Positions 29,021 to 38,330 of a stretch of DNA of 64,000 bases are shown here, in pieces. The stretch is taken from assembly GCA_964544335.1 (NCBI GenBank), contig CAZJAJ010000003.1, forward strand, positions 11,589 to 75,588. The letters are read 5' to 3'. Under the pieces are notes generated by a model that was not told the origin of the DNA, did no database searches, and saw only the letters and a program-made list of their open reading frames with translations. The position numbers and the translations under genes were made by a program. Source of the DNA: an uncultured Methanosarcinales archaeon (lineage in GTDB: Archaea; Nanobdellota; Nanobdellia; Woesearchaeales; JABIAG01). The number at the start of each line of letters is the position of its first letter. The first letter of the stretch is position 1.

Positions 29021-31592
29021 CTGGTTTTGATGGTGCTGCGTTCTTTGCTTTTGGTTCTTGTGAATCATTTGCAGATTCTATTGTAATTTCTGCTTGAAAT
29101 TGTTCTTTTAGTGATTCAATTGAATCGTTAAGTAGTTTTTCTTCTGTTTCTTTGGAGATTGATGATACTCCTTTTTTAATTAAACTAGGTAGGATTCTTG
29201 TGATGTCTTTACTGTGTTCTTTAAGATCTGTTGACATTATTTTTCCAATAATGTCTTTGAAATCTCTGTTGTCATTTGAAAGTTCTTTGCCAACGAGTGC
29301 GTATAAGTCATACTTCCAATTTGGTGAAGTGATGAGTTTAATTGATGAGATGGTATCTAATTTTGCAAGTTCTTTTGCTGTACTAATATCGTCAGTTAGA
29401 TCTTTTGCGTATGCTTCTTGCTCTTCTAATTCAGGATTGATTTTTGATTCATCTGCTTTTGGCCAATCTGCTAGACTGATGAATGCACTGTTTCCTATTT
29501 TTTCCCAAAGCTCCTCTGTACTGTGAGGGCAGAAAGGTGACAACAGCTTTAGAAACGCCTCTAGTGTTTCTTTACTTTCTTCATCTTGGAGTAGGTCAAA
29601 AAAACCTCTTAGCTTGATTACTGCAAGATTGTATTTCATTTTTTCAATGTCTTCTGAGACGTCTCTTATGAGTGAGTTGATCTTGTGCTCGATGTATGGT
29701 GTTGATTTTCCTTGCTTTACTGTGCTGTAGTATTCAACAACTTTATCGAGGAATTTTACTGTCGATTGGAATCCTTTTTCTGACCAACTAAAATCTGAAT
29801 CAGGTGCTGCAACAGATACTAAAAATAAACGAAGAGGATCTGCACCATGCTCTTCTATAATATCGAGTGGATTGATTACGTTACCAAATGATTTGGACAT
29901 TTTTCTTCCATCTTCTGCATGTAGTAACCCTTGATTGAATACTCTGATTGCTGGTTCATCACATTGTACAAGACCAAGGTCTCTTAGAAACTTGGTGTAG
30001 AAACGTACGTAAATGAGGTGCATGCATGCGTGCTCTGCTCCTCCTATGTACATGTCAACAGGCATCCATTTGTTTGCTTGGTCTTTACTAAAAATTTCTT
30101 GAGCGTTATGCGGGTCTGTGTAACGTAATTGATACCATGAGGAATTAACAAAGGTGTCCATGGTGTCTGTTTCTCTCTTTGCTGGTTTTTGACACTTTGG
30201 ACATGTAGTGTTCACAAAAGATTCAGATGTTGCAAGCGGATTTCCATCACCAAAGGTAACATCATGAGGTAGTTTTACAGGTAGATTTTCATCAGGAACT
30301 GCACCACACTGCTCACAGTAGATGATTGGGATTGGTGTTCCCCAGTATCGCTGTCTTGATACTAGCCAGTCTCTTAGTCTGTAATTTGTGGTCTTTTTTC
30401 CTTTGCCTATTTCTTCTAATTTTTTAGTGATGTGTTCTTTTGCATCGCCACTTTGCATACCATCAAATTCACCTGAATTAATCAGTTTGCCATTGCCAGT
30501 AAATGCTTTTTCTGTTTCAGTATTTTCAATGACTACTTTAATTGGGATATCGTATTTTTTAGCAAAGTCATAGTCTCTTTGATCGTGTGCTGGAACTGCC
30601 ATGACCATTCCACTACCATAGTCGGCGAGTACAAAGTTACCCGCATATACTGGAATGTCTTCTCCTGTAATTGGATGCTGTGCGTGTGCTCCTGTAAAGA
30701 CTCCTTTCTTTTCTAGTTGATCAATGTCTTCTTGACTAACTGATGATTGTTCTGATGCAAATGCTTCTACGTCTGCTTTTTGCTTATTTGTTGTGATCTC
30801 TAGTAATCGTGGATGTTGTGCTGAGATTACTAAGAAGGTCACACCCATGAGTGTATCTGGTCTTGTGGTAAAGACGTTCCAGATATCTCCATTAATGGTG
30901 AAGGTAACTTCTGATCCGTGGCTTTTTCCAATCCAATTGGTTTGTAGTTTGGTTATTTTTTCGGGCCACTGCTCTAACTTTGACATGTCATTGAGTTCTT
31001 CTGCATATTGTGTTGTTTTGAAGTACCATTGTGATAGAGATTTTACTTCTACTTTTGTGTCTTCGTGTCTCCAACATACTCCGTTTTGTACTTGTTCATT
31101 TGCAAGTACTGTGTTACATTTTGGACACCAATTTACTGGTGATTCTTTTTTGTATGCTAGTCCTTTTTTGAACAATTCAAGAAAGATCCACTGATCCCAC
31201 TTGTAGTAGTTTGGATCGGATGTGTTAATTAATCTAGACCAGTCATAACTGTATCCTAATGCTTTTAGTTGTTTTGTGAAATTAAGAATGGATGCTTTGG
31301 TGTATTCTTCAGGATGCGTTCCTGCTTTAATTGCTGCATTCTCTGCTGGAAGTCCTAGTGCATCATACCCCATTGGATGAAGTACGTTGTATCCTTCCAT
31401 GAATTTTTTTCTTGCGTAAATATCACCAATGCCATAGTTTACTGCGTGACCAATGTGAAGTCCAGCACCGCTTGGGTATGGGAACATCTCTAGTGCGTAG
31501 AAGGTTGGTTTGTCGTCTTTGTTTGCTTCAAAGATTTTTGCTTCTTCCCATTTTTGTTGCCATTTCTGTTCTATTTCACGCTTTGCTGTCAT
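29004..31592 (-). CDS. leuS: leucyl-tRNA synthetase, bacterial-type
   Basis: N-terminus FYALEMFPYPSGAGLHIGHAVNY and HPMGYDALGLPAE match bacterial LeuRS (P-Y-P-S-G...HxGH; GWDAFGLPAE) rather than the archaeal P-Y-x-N-G form. KMSKS region GRKMSKSFGNVI. Length 862 aa. Confidence 0.9.
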   Translation of the reverse strand: MTAKREIEQKWQQKWEEAKIFEANKDDKPTFYALEMFPYPSGAGLHIGHAVNYGIGDIYARKKFMEGYNVLHPMGYDALGLPAENAAIKAGTHPEEYTKASILNFTKQLKALGYSYDWSRLINTSDPNYYKWDQWIFLELFKKGLAYKKESPVNWCPKCNTVLANEQVQNGVCWRHEDTKVEVKSLSQWYFKTTQYAEELNDMSKLEQWPEKITKLQTNWIGKSHGSEVTFTINGDIWNVFTTRPDTLMGVTFLVISAQHPRLLEITTNKQKADVEAFASEQSSVSQEDIDQLEKKGVFTGAHAQHPITGEDIPVYAGNFVLADYGSGMVMAVPAHDQRDYDFAKKYDIPIKVVIENTETEKAFTGNGKLINSGEFDGMQSGDAKEHITKKLEEIGKGKKTTNYRLRDWLVSRQRYWGTPIPIIYCEQCGAVPDENLPVKLPHDVTFGDGNPLATSESFVNTTCPKCQKPAKRETDTMDTFVNSSWYQLRYTDPHNAQEIFSKDQANKWMPVDMYIGGAEHACMHLIYVRFYTKFLRDLGLVQCDEPAIRVFNQGLLHAEDGRKMSKSFGNVINPLDIIEEHGADPLRLFLVSVAAPDSDFSWSEKGFQSTVKFLDKVVEYYSTVKQGKSTPYIEHKINSLIRDVSEDIEKMKYNLAVIKLRGFFDLLQDEESKETLEAFLKLLSPFCPHSTEELWEKIGNSAFISLADWPKADESKINPELEEQEAYAKDLTDDISTAKELAKLDTISSIKLITSPNWKYDLYALVGKELSNDNRDFKDIIGKIMSTDLKEHSKDITRILPSLIKKGVSSISKETEEKLLNDSIESLKEQFQAEITIESANDSQEPKAKNAAPSKPAILLA

Positions 31593-31623
31593 GAGAAAAA
31601 GGTGGAATGGATGATATTTAAAG

Positions 31624-32232
31624 TTATTGCGTCTTTCTATAGAATTGTTTGAGATAGGTTGTTCCTTTATACTCTACATGCTCATCATCTATGAGCGTTA
31701 AATCACTAAATACTTCTGTTAACTCATCATCTTGCCAGAATGAGAAATATCGTTCTTGGTTTGGATCGTGTGGGTCTTGAACCATTCTTTCTCCCCTGCC
31801 TTGCTTCATGCATACATAGAGTAAACCATTTTCTTTAAGTATTCTGTGAATGTTTAATGCAACACCGGGTAAGTCTTTTTTAGGAATGTGGAGTAGTGAT
31901 GACACTGCCCATACGCCATTAAAGCTTTGGTCTGGAAAATCTATTTTTTCTGCATCCATTACTTTTGCAGTAAGTCCTTTTTGTTTGCATCGTTCAACCA
32001 TTGATGGTGAAATGTCAACACATGTTACATCTAGTCCCTTATCGCTAAAAAATGCGGCATGATCACCTGCTCCAGCACCTATGTCAAGTACTTTATTTCC
32101 ATGAAGGAGATTGAGAAATGTATCAAATTCTTTTCTTTCTGGAAGACTCATTAATTGTCTAAATTTTTCAGCAAACACATCGGGGTGGGCTTCATATGCT
32201 TGAATCGTTCTTGCTTTGTAATCATCTTCCAT
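31624..32232 (-). CDS. class I SAM-dependent methyltransferase
   Basis: Motif I VLDIGAGAGDHAAFF with an acidic residue at DVTCVDIS. Confidence 0.7.
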   Translation of the reverse strand: MEDDYKARTIQAYEAHPDVFAEKFRQLMSLPERKEFDTFLNLLHGNKVLDIGAGAGDHAAFFSDKGLDVTCVDISPSMVERCKQKGLTAKVMDAEKIDFPDQSFNGVWAVSSLLHIPKKDLPGVALNIHRILKENGLLYVCMKQGRGERMVQDPHDPNQERYFSFWQDDELTEVFSDLTLIDDEHVEYKGTTYLKQFYRKTQ

Positions 32233-32257
32233 TTGTTATAGAAGACATGTTGCCTTT

Positions 32258-32674
32258 TTATTGATTATTGATGGTGTATGTGAGTATTCCCTTTACATCT
32301 TCAAATCCTTGTTTGAGGTAGAAGTCTTTTGCGTGCTGGGTTTTTACAATAATTTTGAGATTTTTCTTTGCGGTGCTCCATCGTTTAATCATTTCAACCA
32401 GGTATGTACCTACTTGTTTTTTGCGATAGTCTTCAAGGACAAAGAGATTGATTATTTCTGCGTGATCGGTGTTGTTTTGTGCAATGATAAATCCAATTGG
32501 AACGTCTTCTGTTGTTGAGGCAATAAGTACCATTGCTTCAGGTTCAAATACGTATGAGCGTAAATCGTCTTCAGAAAGGGTTGCATTTTCTTCTACTTCT
32601 TTACCAAGCAGTACATGAAAATCTTTTATTGCTTCTATGTGACCAAAAGATGCTTGTTCAAGATGAAATCTCAT
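32258..32674 (-). CDS. GNAT-family N-acetyltransferase
   Basis: 138 aa with an acetyl-CoA-binding-type segment (LFVLEDYRKKQVGTYLVEMI). Confidence 0.7.
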   Translation of the reverse strand: MRFHLEQASFGHIEAIKDFHVLLGKEVEENATLSEDDLRSYVFEPEAMVLIASTTEDVPIGFIIAQNNTDHAEIINLFVLEDYRKKQVGTYLVEMIKRWSTAKKNLKIIVKTQHAKDFYLKQGFEDVKGILTYTINNQ

Positions 32675-32699
32675 AAGAATAAAAAGAAAAAGAGGCTAT

Positions 32700-32894
32700 T
32701 TAAGCCTTTTTGAATTCTGCAATGGTATCGATTAGATCCACGTGGCCGATCATTTGAGATCTGCAGCAGAATCGTTCAATGTTTAAATCGTCCAGTGCTT
32801 TTCTTACGCCATCTTTTTTGGACTTTTCTTGAAAGTCTTCATATAGATGGGAAAGTGGTTTTCCGCAACTGAAACATCTCATTGGTACAATCAT
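32700..32894 (-). CDS. rpoN: DNA-directed RNA polymerase subunit N (Rpb10 homolog)
   Basis: MIVPMRCFSCGKP...ALDDLNIERFCCRSQMIGHVDLID is the RpoN zinc-bundle signature. Confidence 0.8.
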   Translation of the reverse strand: MIVPMRCFSCGKPLSHLYEDFQEKSKKDGVRKALDDLNIERFCCRSQMIGHVDLIDTIAEFKKA

Positions 32895-32908
32895 TTTTAT
32901 TTTCCTCT

Positions 32909-33316
32909 TTAACGGTAAGACTTTTGTCTTTTTGCTCTAGCTCGACCGCGGCAATTTGGTTTTCGTTCTTCTCTTTTACGAACGTCTGCAACAAGTAGCC
33001 TTCTGTCGTAGTCTAGGAATGATTTTTCTAGTTTTTCATCACTTTCAACAAGTGCTTTTGCAATTGCTTGAGCTACTGCTTCTGCTCTTGCATTTACACC
33101 GCCACCGTTTACTGATACGCTAATATCAATCTTTTTTACTGCATCTGGTGCAATAAGAAGTGGTGTTTGAATTTTTAGTCGTGCCATTCTTGGCTCGATG
33201 TGATCTACATGCTCGTTGTTAACTGTAACTACGCCTGTTCCTGCTTTGATGGTTGCTCGTGCAACTGCAGTTTTTCTTGCTCCGGATGCAATGATATTCT
33301 TTTGTTTTTTACTCAT
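32909..33316 (-). CDS. rps9: 30S ribosomal protein uS9
   Basis: GGGVNARAEAVAQAIAKAL and a basic C-terminus RGRARAKRQKSYR. Confidence 0.85.
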   Translation of the reverse strand: MSKKQKNIIASGARKTAVARATIKAGTGVVTVNNEHVDHIEPRMARLKIQTPLLIAPDAVKKIDISVSVNGGGVNARAEAVAQAIAKALVESDEKLEKSFLDYDRRLLVADVRKREERKPNCRGRARAKRQKSYR

Positions 33317-33732
33317 AGTTCTTTGCCTCCAAGTAGTTTACATACTTCAGCAACAGTGGTGTACTTTGAAACCATAGAGTTTTCAATGTGTGCTGCTTCA
33401 ATTGTTTCTAGTTTTACGTCTTTAAACTGAGCAGGAATACCTTTGTAGCATTTTACTCTGTCAAGTGCGCTTCTTCCTTTTTCTTGTTTGTATGGAAGCA
33501 TTCCACGAATACATCGTTTTACAAACTTAGTAGGAATTCTTGGGTAATAAGGACCAATTAGAGGAGCTCCTCGCTCTCTTCGTTGTTTGTATTTTTCAAA
33601 TACTTTTTTCTTATCACCAGTGATGATTATTTTTTCTACATTGAAGATGTTCACTTCGTTTCCAAGCAAAGCTGCCTTTGCTGCAACGGTTGCTAATCTT
33701 CCAATTCTTAGGTCTGATGCGTCGATATTCAT
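33313..33732 (-). CDS. rpl13: 50S ribosomal protein uL13
   Basis: IDASDLRIGRLATVAAKAAL...RIPTKFVKRCIRGMLPYK is typical of uL13. Confidence 0.85.
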   Translation of the reverse strand: MNIDASDLRIGRLATVAAKAALLGNEVNIFNVEKIIITGDKKKVFEKYKQRRERGAPLIGPYYPRIPTKFVKRCIRGMLPYKQEKGRSALDRVKCYKGIPAQFKDVKLETIEAAHIENSMVSKYTTVAEVCKLLGGKEL

Positions 33733-33733
33733 T

Positions 33734-34117
33734 TTATCCTAGGATCCTCAAGGTGGAAGCTTTTGGGTTTTTCTTAAGAAGTTCTTCAATACTGAGTACT
33801 TCACCCTTTGCTTCAAGGACTTTGTCCTTTGCTGACTGAGATATTGCAAAAGCTGCAACACTCACTTTTTTGTCAAGATCGCCATCACCAAGTAGTTTTC
33901 CAGGAACTACAAGGATTTGACCTTCTACTGCATTTACATTTACGCGTGATAGATTAACTACTCTTCGTTGTCTTGATGGTTTTTCAAGATCAGTAGCAAT
34001 TTTCTTCCATACGCCTGCTTTATCAGCGATTGCTTTTTTCTTAAGTTCTTCAAGCAATACTTTTAGTTGATAGTTTGTTGGACCAGTTCGCTTCATTTTA
34101 ACTAAATACCTTCTCAA
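33734..34117 (-). CDS. rpl18e: 50S ribosomal protein eL18 (L18e)
   Basis: KRTGPTNYQLKVLLEEL...SRQRRVVNLSRVN matches L18e. Confidence 0.8.
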   Translation of the reverse strand: MRRYLVKMKRTGPTNYQLKVLLEELKKKAIADKAGVWKKIATDLEKPSRQRRVVNLSRVNVNAVEGQILVVPGKLLGDGDLDKKVSVAAFAISQSAKDKVLEAKGEVLSIEELLKKNPKASTLRILG

Positions 34118-34877
34118 ATTCGTTTAGCGTTTCAGTGAACGTATCACATGCTGTTTCAAGTACTTCTACAGGGCCAAGTTGTCCCCATGACTCAAAACTA
34201 AAGATTAATTCTTCAGGATTTTCGGTGATCTCTACACTTCCTTCTGGTACTAGTGGAAGGCAAGTATCCCACATAAATCCTTTTGTTTCATCTTGTGGCA
34301 CGAGTTTTCCTTTTTGTGCTTTAAAGACGCCCACTGGGCAATTCTTTACTACTTCTTCTGCATTGTCAAGGTCTTTTGTTTGCTTGAAGTTGTACGTGTG
34401 TGTGTACCAAGCAAGACCTGGTGCAAATTTCATGTGCTTTTTTCCTCTTCCAAGGATTGCTGTTGCTTCAAGTTCAATTTCTTGTCCTTTTAGCAGCTTT
34501 GCAATGATCATTTTAGGGTATACTGGTTTTACCTTTGGATCTTTTGATTTAATGTCAGATGCGTATACTGTGCAAGGACCTTTTGCTTGTAGTGTTAACT
34601 TTAGCTGGTACTTGAGTGCGTTTGCATCTTCATCAAGATCTTCCGGTGCAACTTCGTATGATTTTAGATCGGTTGATAGTGGAATGAGGCCTAGTCTATG
34701 TGCAAGCATTTCATCGTAGAGTGCAGATGAGTTTTCTCTAATTTCTACATCTTCGATTGCCATGGTTGGAACGGTTTCAAGTATTTCTCTTCGAACCATG
34801 TTTGCAAATGATGGCTGCATACTTACTTTGAAGGATACTTTACCATCTTTGATTTTGCCAAGTTGTTCTAGTTTCAT
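34098..34877 (-). CDS. rpoD: DNA-directed RNA polymerase subunit D (Rpb3 homolog)
   Basis: The RpoD dimerisation-domain pattern ([40 protein letters not shown]) sits between rps11 and rpl18e, as in archaeal clusters. Confidence 0.85.
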   Translation of the reverse strand: MKLEQLGKIKDGKVSFKVSMQPSFANMVRREILETVPTMAIEDVEIRENSSALYDEMLAHRLGLIPLSTDLKSYEVAPEDLDEDANALKYQLKLTLQAKGPCTVYASDIKSKDPKVKPVYPKMIIAKLLKGQEIELEATAILGRGKKHMKFAPGLAWYTHTYNFKQTKDLDNAEEVVKNCPVGVFKAQKGKLVPQDETKGFMWDTCLPLVPEGSVEITENPEELIFSFESWGQLGPVEVLETACDTFTETLNEFEKVFS

Positions 34878-35272
34878 ACTCTTCGACCTCTTCGACCGCC
34901 TTTTGCTCTACATCCACCGTGAGGCACTGGTGTTACATCTTCGATAACGCCAATTCTCATTCCTCTTCGGGAAAGTGTTCTGATTGCAGCTTGTGCACCA
35001 GGTCCTGGATTCATTGGGCCGTTGTGACCACCAGGAGCTCGTGTTTTCACGTGAATTGCGGTAATGCCTTTGTCACGTGCTTCTTGAGCTGCTTTGTTTG
35101 CTGCTTGCATTGCTGCAGTTGGAGAACTTTCAAGTCTGTCTGACTTTACTACTTGTCCACCTGATGCTAGTGCAATGGTTTCAGAACCAGTGATGTCTGT
35201 AATATGAATTATTGTGTTATTGTATGAGGAATAAATGTGTGCAATACCCCATCTGATTTTATCCTTACTCAT
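34874..35272 (-). CDS. rps11: 30S ribosomal protein uS11
   Basis: [23 protein letters not shown]...GPGAQAAIR. Confidence 0.9.
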   Translation of the reverse strand: MSKDKIRWGIAHIYSSYNNTIIHITDITGSETIALASGGQVVKSDRLESSPTAAMQAANKAAQEARDKGITAIHVKTRAPGGHNGPMNPGPGAQAAIRTLSRRGMRIGVIEDVTPVPHGGCRAKGGRRGRRV

Positions 35273-35915
35273 TTTTCACCTCTTCTGCTTTCTCTTCAGC
35301 TGGTGCTTCTGCTGATTCTTCTGCAGGAGCTGTAGACTCTTCTTTTGATTCTTCCTTTGCAGGTTTGATTTTTTCCATTTCAGCTGCAAGTTCTTCTTTT
35401 TCTTTGATGAATCGTTCAGGATGTTCTTCGTTGTCAAGTGCTGAGGTTTGTCTAAAGCCTACAGCGTTTTCTTCTTCAACAGTAACTAGGTATGATGGAC
35501 TGGTAATTGCCTTTCCATTTACTGTTACGTGTTTGTGTGTAATGAATTGTCTTGCTTGTTTTGGTGTTCGTGCAAGTCCTTTTTCAACAAGAACGGATTG
35601 TAGTCTTCGTTTTGCAAGATCTTGAACATTAATTTCAAGTACTGCATCGTAGGATACTTCGCTTGTTAGTAGTCCTAGACGTTTTAGTCTTGCAAATAGC
35701 TGTTCAGTCTCTTTTTTAGACTGCTCAGTTGGAGATGCGGAAAGCTCTTTTGCTTTACGTTTGAAACGTGAGAGCACAGAGTGTACTTTCCAGATTTCAG
35801 CTTTATTTTTGAAACCAAATTCTTTGGTGAGTTCTTTTTCTTCAAGGATACGAGTTTTTTGCCAAGGATGAGATGGCGTTTCGTATTTTTTTCTTAGTTT
35901 TTTTGGATGGCCCAT
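35265..35915 (-). CDS. rps4: 30S ribosomal protein uS4 with K/E/A-rich C-terminal extension
   Basis: [18 protein letters not shown] at the N-terminus, an S4 RNA-binding domain, and an acidic tail ([29 protein letters not shown]). Confidence 0.85.
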   Translation of the reverse strand: MGHPKKLRKKYETPSHPWQKTRILEEKELTKEFGFKNKAEIWKVHSVLSRFKRKAKELSASPTEQSKKETEQLFARLKRLGLLTSEVSYDAVLEINVQDLAKRRLQSVLVEKGLARTPKQARQFITHKHVTVNGKAITSPSYLVTVEEENAVGFRQTSALDNEEHPERFIKEKEELAAEMEKIKPAKEESKEESTAPAEESAEAPAEEKAEEVKNE

Positions 35916-35916
35916 T

Positions 35917-36378
35917 CTACTTCTTCCTCTTTACGCTGGCAACTTTGCCCTTATTTCTTCTGAAGTTTGACTTGGTTCTTTGACCACGTACAGGAAGACC
36001 CCATTGGTGTCTTAGACCAATGTATGACTTCATCTTCTTGAGAACTTTGATGTCTTCTTCTCTTACATAACGCACATCGGTTGTGGATATGTGCTTATCA
36101 ACGCCCGTTTCTGGTTCGTTTCTTCTGTTTAGCATCCACACTGGGATTCCTGCTTTAACAGGATCTTCCAGAAGCTTTTCGATTTTAGCAATTCCTTCGT
36201 CGCCAAGATCTAGTGCTTTACCAAATTTGTCAAGTTTGAGTACTTTACAAATTGCGTTAGAGAACATAATACCTACGCCCTTTATCCCCGTTAGGGCAAA
36301 GAGTACTTGCTTATCACCGTCAATATCGGTGTTTGCAATACGGATTAAATTTTCGATGTATTTTTTTGCCATTTTCAA
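35917..36378 (-). CDS. rps13: 30S ribosomal protein uS13
   Basis: IRIANTDIDGDKQVLFALTGIKGVG...GLRHQWGLPVRGQRTKSN. Confidence 0.9.
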   Translation of the reverse strand: MKMAKKYIENLIRIANTDIDGDKQVLFALTGIKGVGIMFSNAICKVLKLDKFGKALDLGDEGIAKIEKLLEDPVKAGIPVWMLNRRNEPETGVDKHISTTDVRYVREEDIKVLKKMKSYIGLRHQWGLPVRGQRTKSNFRRNKGKVASVKRKK

Positions 36379-36387
36379 TAGTTGTTA

Positions 36388-36424
36388 GAACGCGCTGTAT
36401 TTTCTAGTCCTTGAAAGCGCGCCC
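36388..36424 (-). promoter_or_regulatory. GC-clamped stem-loop in the 5' leader of the rps13-led operon (downstream of a TATA-like CCTTTATAAAT)
   Basis: On the minus strand, GGCGCGCU...AGCGCGUU forms a 7-8 bp stem. It lies about 10-45 nt upstream of the rps13 ATG. A TATA-like element sits about 60 nt upstream. Confidence 0.3.
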
Positions 36425-36481
36425 TGTTGGACTCGGACTAATTAACATTGAAGAAAAAGGAGTCATTTATAAAGGTTGCCG

Positions 36482-36907
36482 TTAGGCAATTTGGCGGAAT
36501 ATGTGCGTTATTTCGCTTGTAGCACCACATTGTGCTATTAATGACTGAATGACGAGGGTTTGGTGTTTATGATGAGCTTCGAGTAGTCGATTATATTCGC
36601 GTTCATCCATCATTGCAAGCACATAATTGTTTTTCAGATGTTTAATACTACTATTTCCTTGATCAAGTATGTCCGTTCCTGTAAGTATCCCTTGAGGTAA
36701 GACTACCGTATCACTTGCTTGCCTTGTCTTGGGATTTCTAAACTGTTCTGGTAAAAATCCAATGAGTACGGATTTTTCATGTGATCCTACCTTATGTAGA
36801 TAATAGAACTGATGTTCTTTGTATGCAAGATAGACAGAACCTGACTTTGTGTAGAAAATAAACGATTGAATTTCTTTGTTTTCGTCTTTTTTACTGAATA
36901 ATCCCAT
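36482..36907 (-). CDS. hypothetical protein
   Basis: 141-aa ORF with no recognised motifs. Confidence 0.4.
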   Translation of the reverse strand: MGLFSKKDENKEIQSFIFYTKSGSVYLAYKEHQFYYLHKVGSHEKSVLIGFLPEQFRNPKTRQASDTVVLPQGILTGTDILDQGNSSIKHLKNNYVLAMMDEREYNRLLEAHHKHQTLVIQSLIAQCGATSEITHIFRQIA

Positions 36908-36949
36908 TCTGGTGTAGAGTTTGTTTGAGTATTTAATTGTTTGTAGAAT

Positions 36950-37429
36950 TTATGCGTCTTCTTTCTTTTCAAAGACAATGTTGAGAACATGTTTTGCCCA
37001 ATCATCGAGCATATGATAATATTCGCCCATGAGGTCAATGTTGAAGACGTATTCTTCACCTTCAACTGTGGCAGTCATTGCCACGTGGCGTCTGAATTCT
37101 TCAGATTTGGTGTAGGTTTGTCTTCTTGCTTTTCTTAGAAAGAAAAAGAGCTCGTATGCATCCTGAATTTTTTCATCATCAGGATAGAGTTCTTTTACGG
37201 TGTTGATTTTATCAATGAGATTGTCTGGAATAAAGTGAAGATCATCTTTGTCTTTGTGGTATTGGAGAAGGAGAACGGTCATGTGCTCAATGGTGATGAC
37301 GATTCTATCAATGAGGTTTCTAATGACGTCTACTGTTCTCGTATATTTGAGACTTACATAGTAAGAATGTTCTGCTCTTCGAAGGGAGCCTCTGAGTTCC
37401 TCGATAAGTTCTTCTAGATGTTCGTTCAC
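36950..37429 (-). CDS. hypothetical protein (GTG start; may form one gene with the upstream ORF)
   Basis: 159-aa ORF starting 5 nt after the stop of ORF 37434..37829, in the +1 frame. Confidence 0.4.
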   Translation of the reverse strand: MNEHLEELIEELRGSLRRAEHSYYVSLKYTRTVDVIRNLIDRIVITIEHMTVLLLQYHKDKDDLHFIPDNLIDKINTVKELYPDDEKIQDAYELFFFLRKARRQTYTKSEEFRRHVAMTATVEGEEYVFNIDLMGEYYHMLDDWAKHVLNIVFEKKEDA

Positions 37430-37433
37430 GGGT

Positions 37434-37829
37434 TTAAAAGGTAAGCTCCATCTCTATAAATACTTTTGCCTTCTTAAAGTATAAAAGGGCCTGATTTTCT
37501 GTAATTGACGTTGCATGATAGCTTTCATCAAAAAATATGAGTTTGTCTTTTTTTGCCAGCTCTACCATTGCTTCTTTTTGTTCTTGTATGAGTTGGTGTA
37601 GTTCTTTTAGTGTATGTACTTCTTCACTGTATTTTGGGTTTGTTTGTAATTTGAGAAGTTGTTCTTCAAACGTGTCTCCAAGAGGTGCTATTTTTTCCTT
37701 CATTGCCTCATAACAATGTGTGATTATTGGAAATAATAGCTTTGTGTCTTTTGCAAATGTATAGACATAGAAAAATTGAGCTGCAATTGCAAGATTATTC
37801 ATCTTGGAGTTGAATAATTGCCTCTGCAA
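37434..37829 (-). CDS. hypothetical protein
   Basis: 131-aa ORF on the same strand, immediately upstream of ORF 36950..37429. Confidence 0.4.
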   Translation of the reverse strand: MQRQLFNSKMNNLAIAAQFFYVYTFAKDTKLLFPIITHCYEAMKEKIAPLGDTFEEQLLKLQTNPKYSEEVHTLKELHQLIQEQKEAMVELAKKDKLIFFDESYHATSITENQALLYFKKAKVFIEMELTF

Positions 37830-38142
37830 GATCGCCTGTTTTCTTTAGTGCTTCTCTTGCTGCTGCTTCTGATACGCCTGTTTGAGCAACGATGGTTTGT
37901 ACATCTTCTTCTGAGATTTGTACTTCAGATGTTTTTTCACGCTCGTGTGCTTGTCCAACTATTTGATAGGTTTCTTGACCCATCATGTTTACTTTAGAAA
38001 CTTGAGGATTGGTAATGACGATTTCTTTGTCTTCAGATTTGATGATTACTTCAGTTGCAGGGATGTCTATTTGTGTCATACCTAGCTGCTTCATCATCTG
38101 CTGCATTTTTTTGGGATTCATTCCTGGAATCATCTTATGCAA
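37795..38142 (-). CDS. nac: nascent polypeptide-associated complex protein (archaeal NAC alpha, NAC plus UBA domains)
   Basis: NAC domain (MGQETYQIVGQAHERE) and a C-terminal UBA-like segment (EEDVQTIVAQTGVSEAAAREALKKTGDLAEAI). Confidence 0.75.
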   Translation of the reverse strand: MHKMIPGMNPKKMQQMMKQLGMTQIDIPATEVIIKSEDKEIVITNPQVSKVNMMGQETYQIVGQAHEREKTSEVQISEEDVQTIVAQTGVSEAAAREALKKTGDLAEAIIQLQDE

Positions 38143-38293
38143 ACATGTGCAATAGCACCATTAATACGATTACTGCAACACATAGAATAATTACATGCAT
38201 TGGTTGGAGTTCAATTGATGATTTGTATTCATCAAAATATCTTACCAGGCCACCGATTCCGGAAGGCATTGATACTTTGTTGTCTTTTGCCAT
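38135..38293 (-). CDS. preprotein translocase Sec61beta-like subunit (52 aa; below the ORF-track size cut-off)
   Basis: Manual minus-strand translation gives MAKDNKVSMPSGIGGLVRYFDEYKSSIELQPMHVIILCVAVIVLMVLLHMFA. It has the Sec61beta hallmark (P-S-x-x-G-L-x-R-Y-F-D-E) followed by one C-terminal transmembrane helix. It lies just upstream of nac. Confidence 0.55.
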   Translation of the reverse strand: MAKDNKVSMPSGIGGLVRYFDEYKSSIELQPMHVIILCVAVIVLMVLLHMFA

Positions 38294-38330
38294 AAAGAAA
38301 AAGAAGAGGTATTTTCTATATAAAGTTATC

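Noticed and set aside
34135-34719. 194-aa plus-strand ORF
   Set aside because: It is antisense to rpoD, which has clear RNA polymerase subunit D homology.
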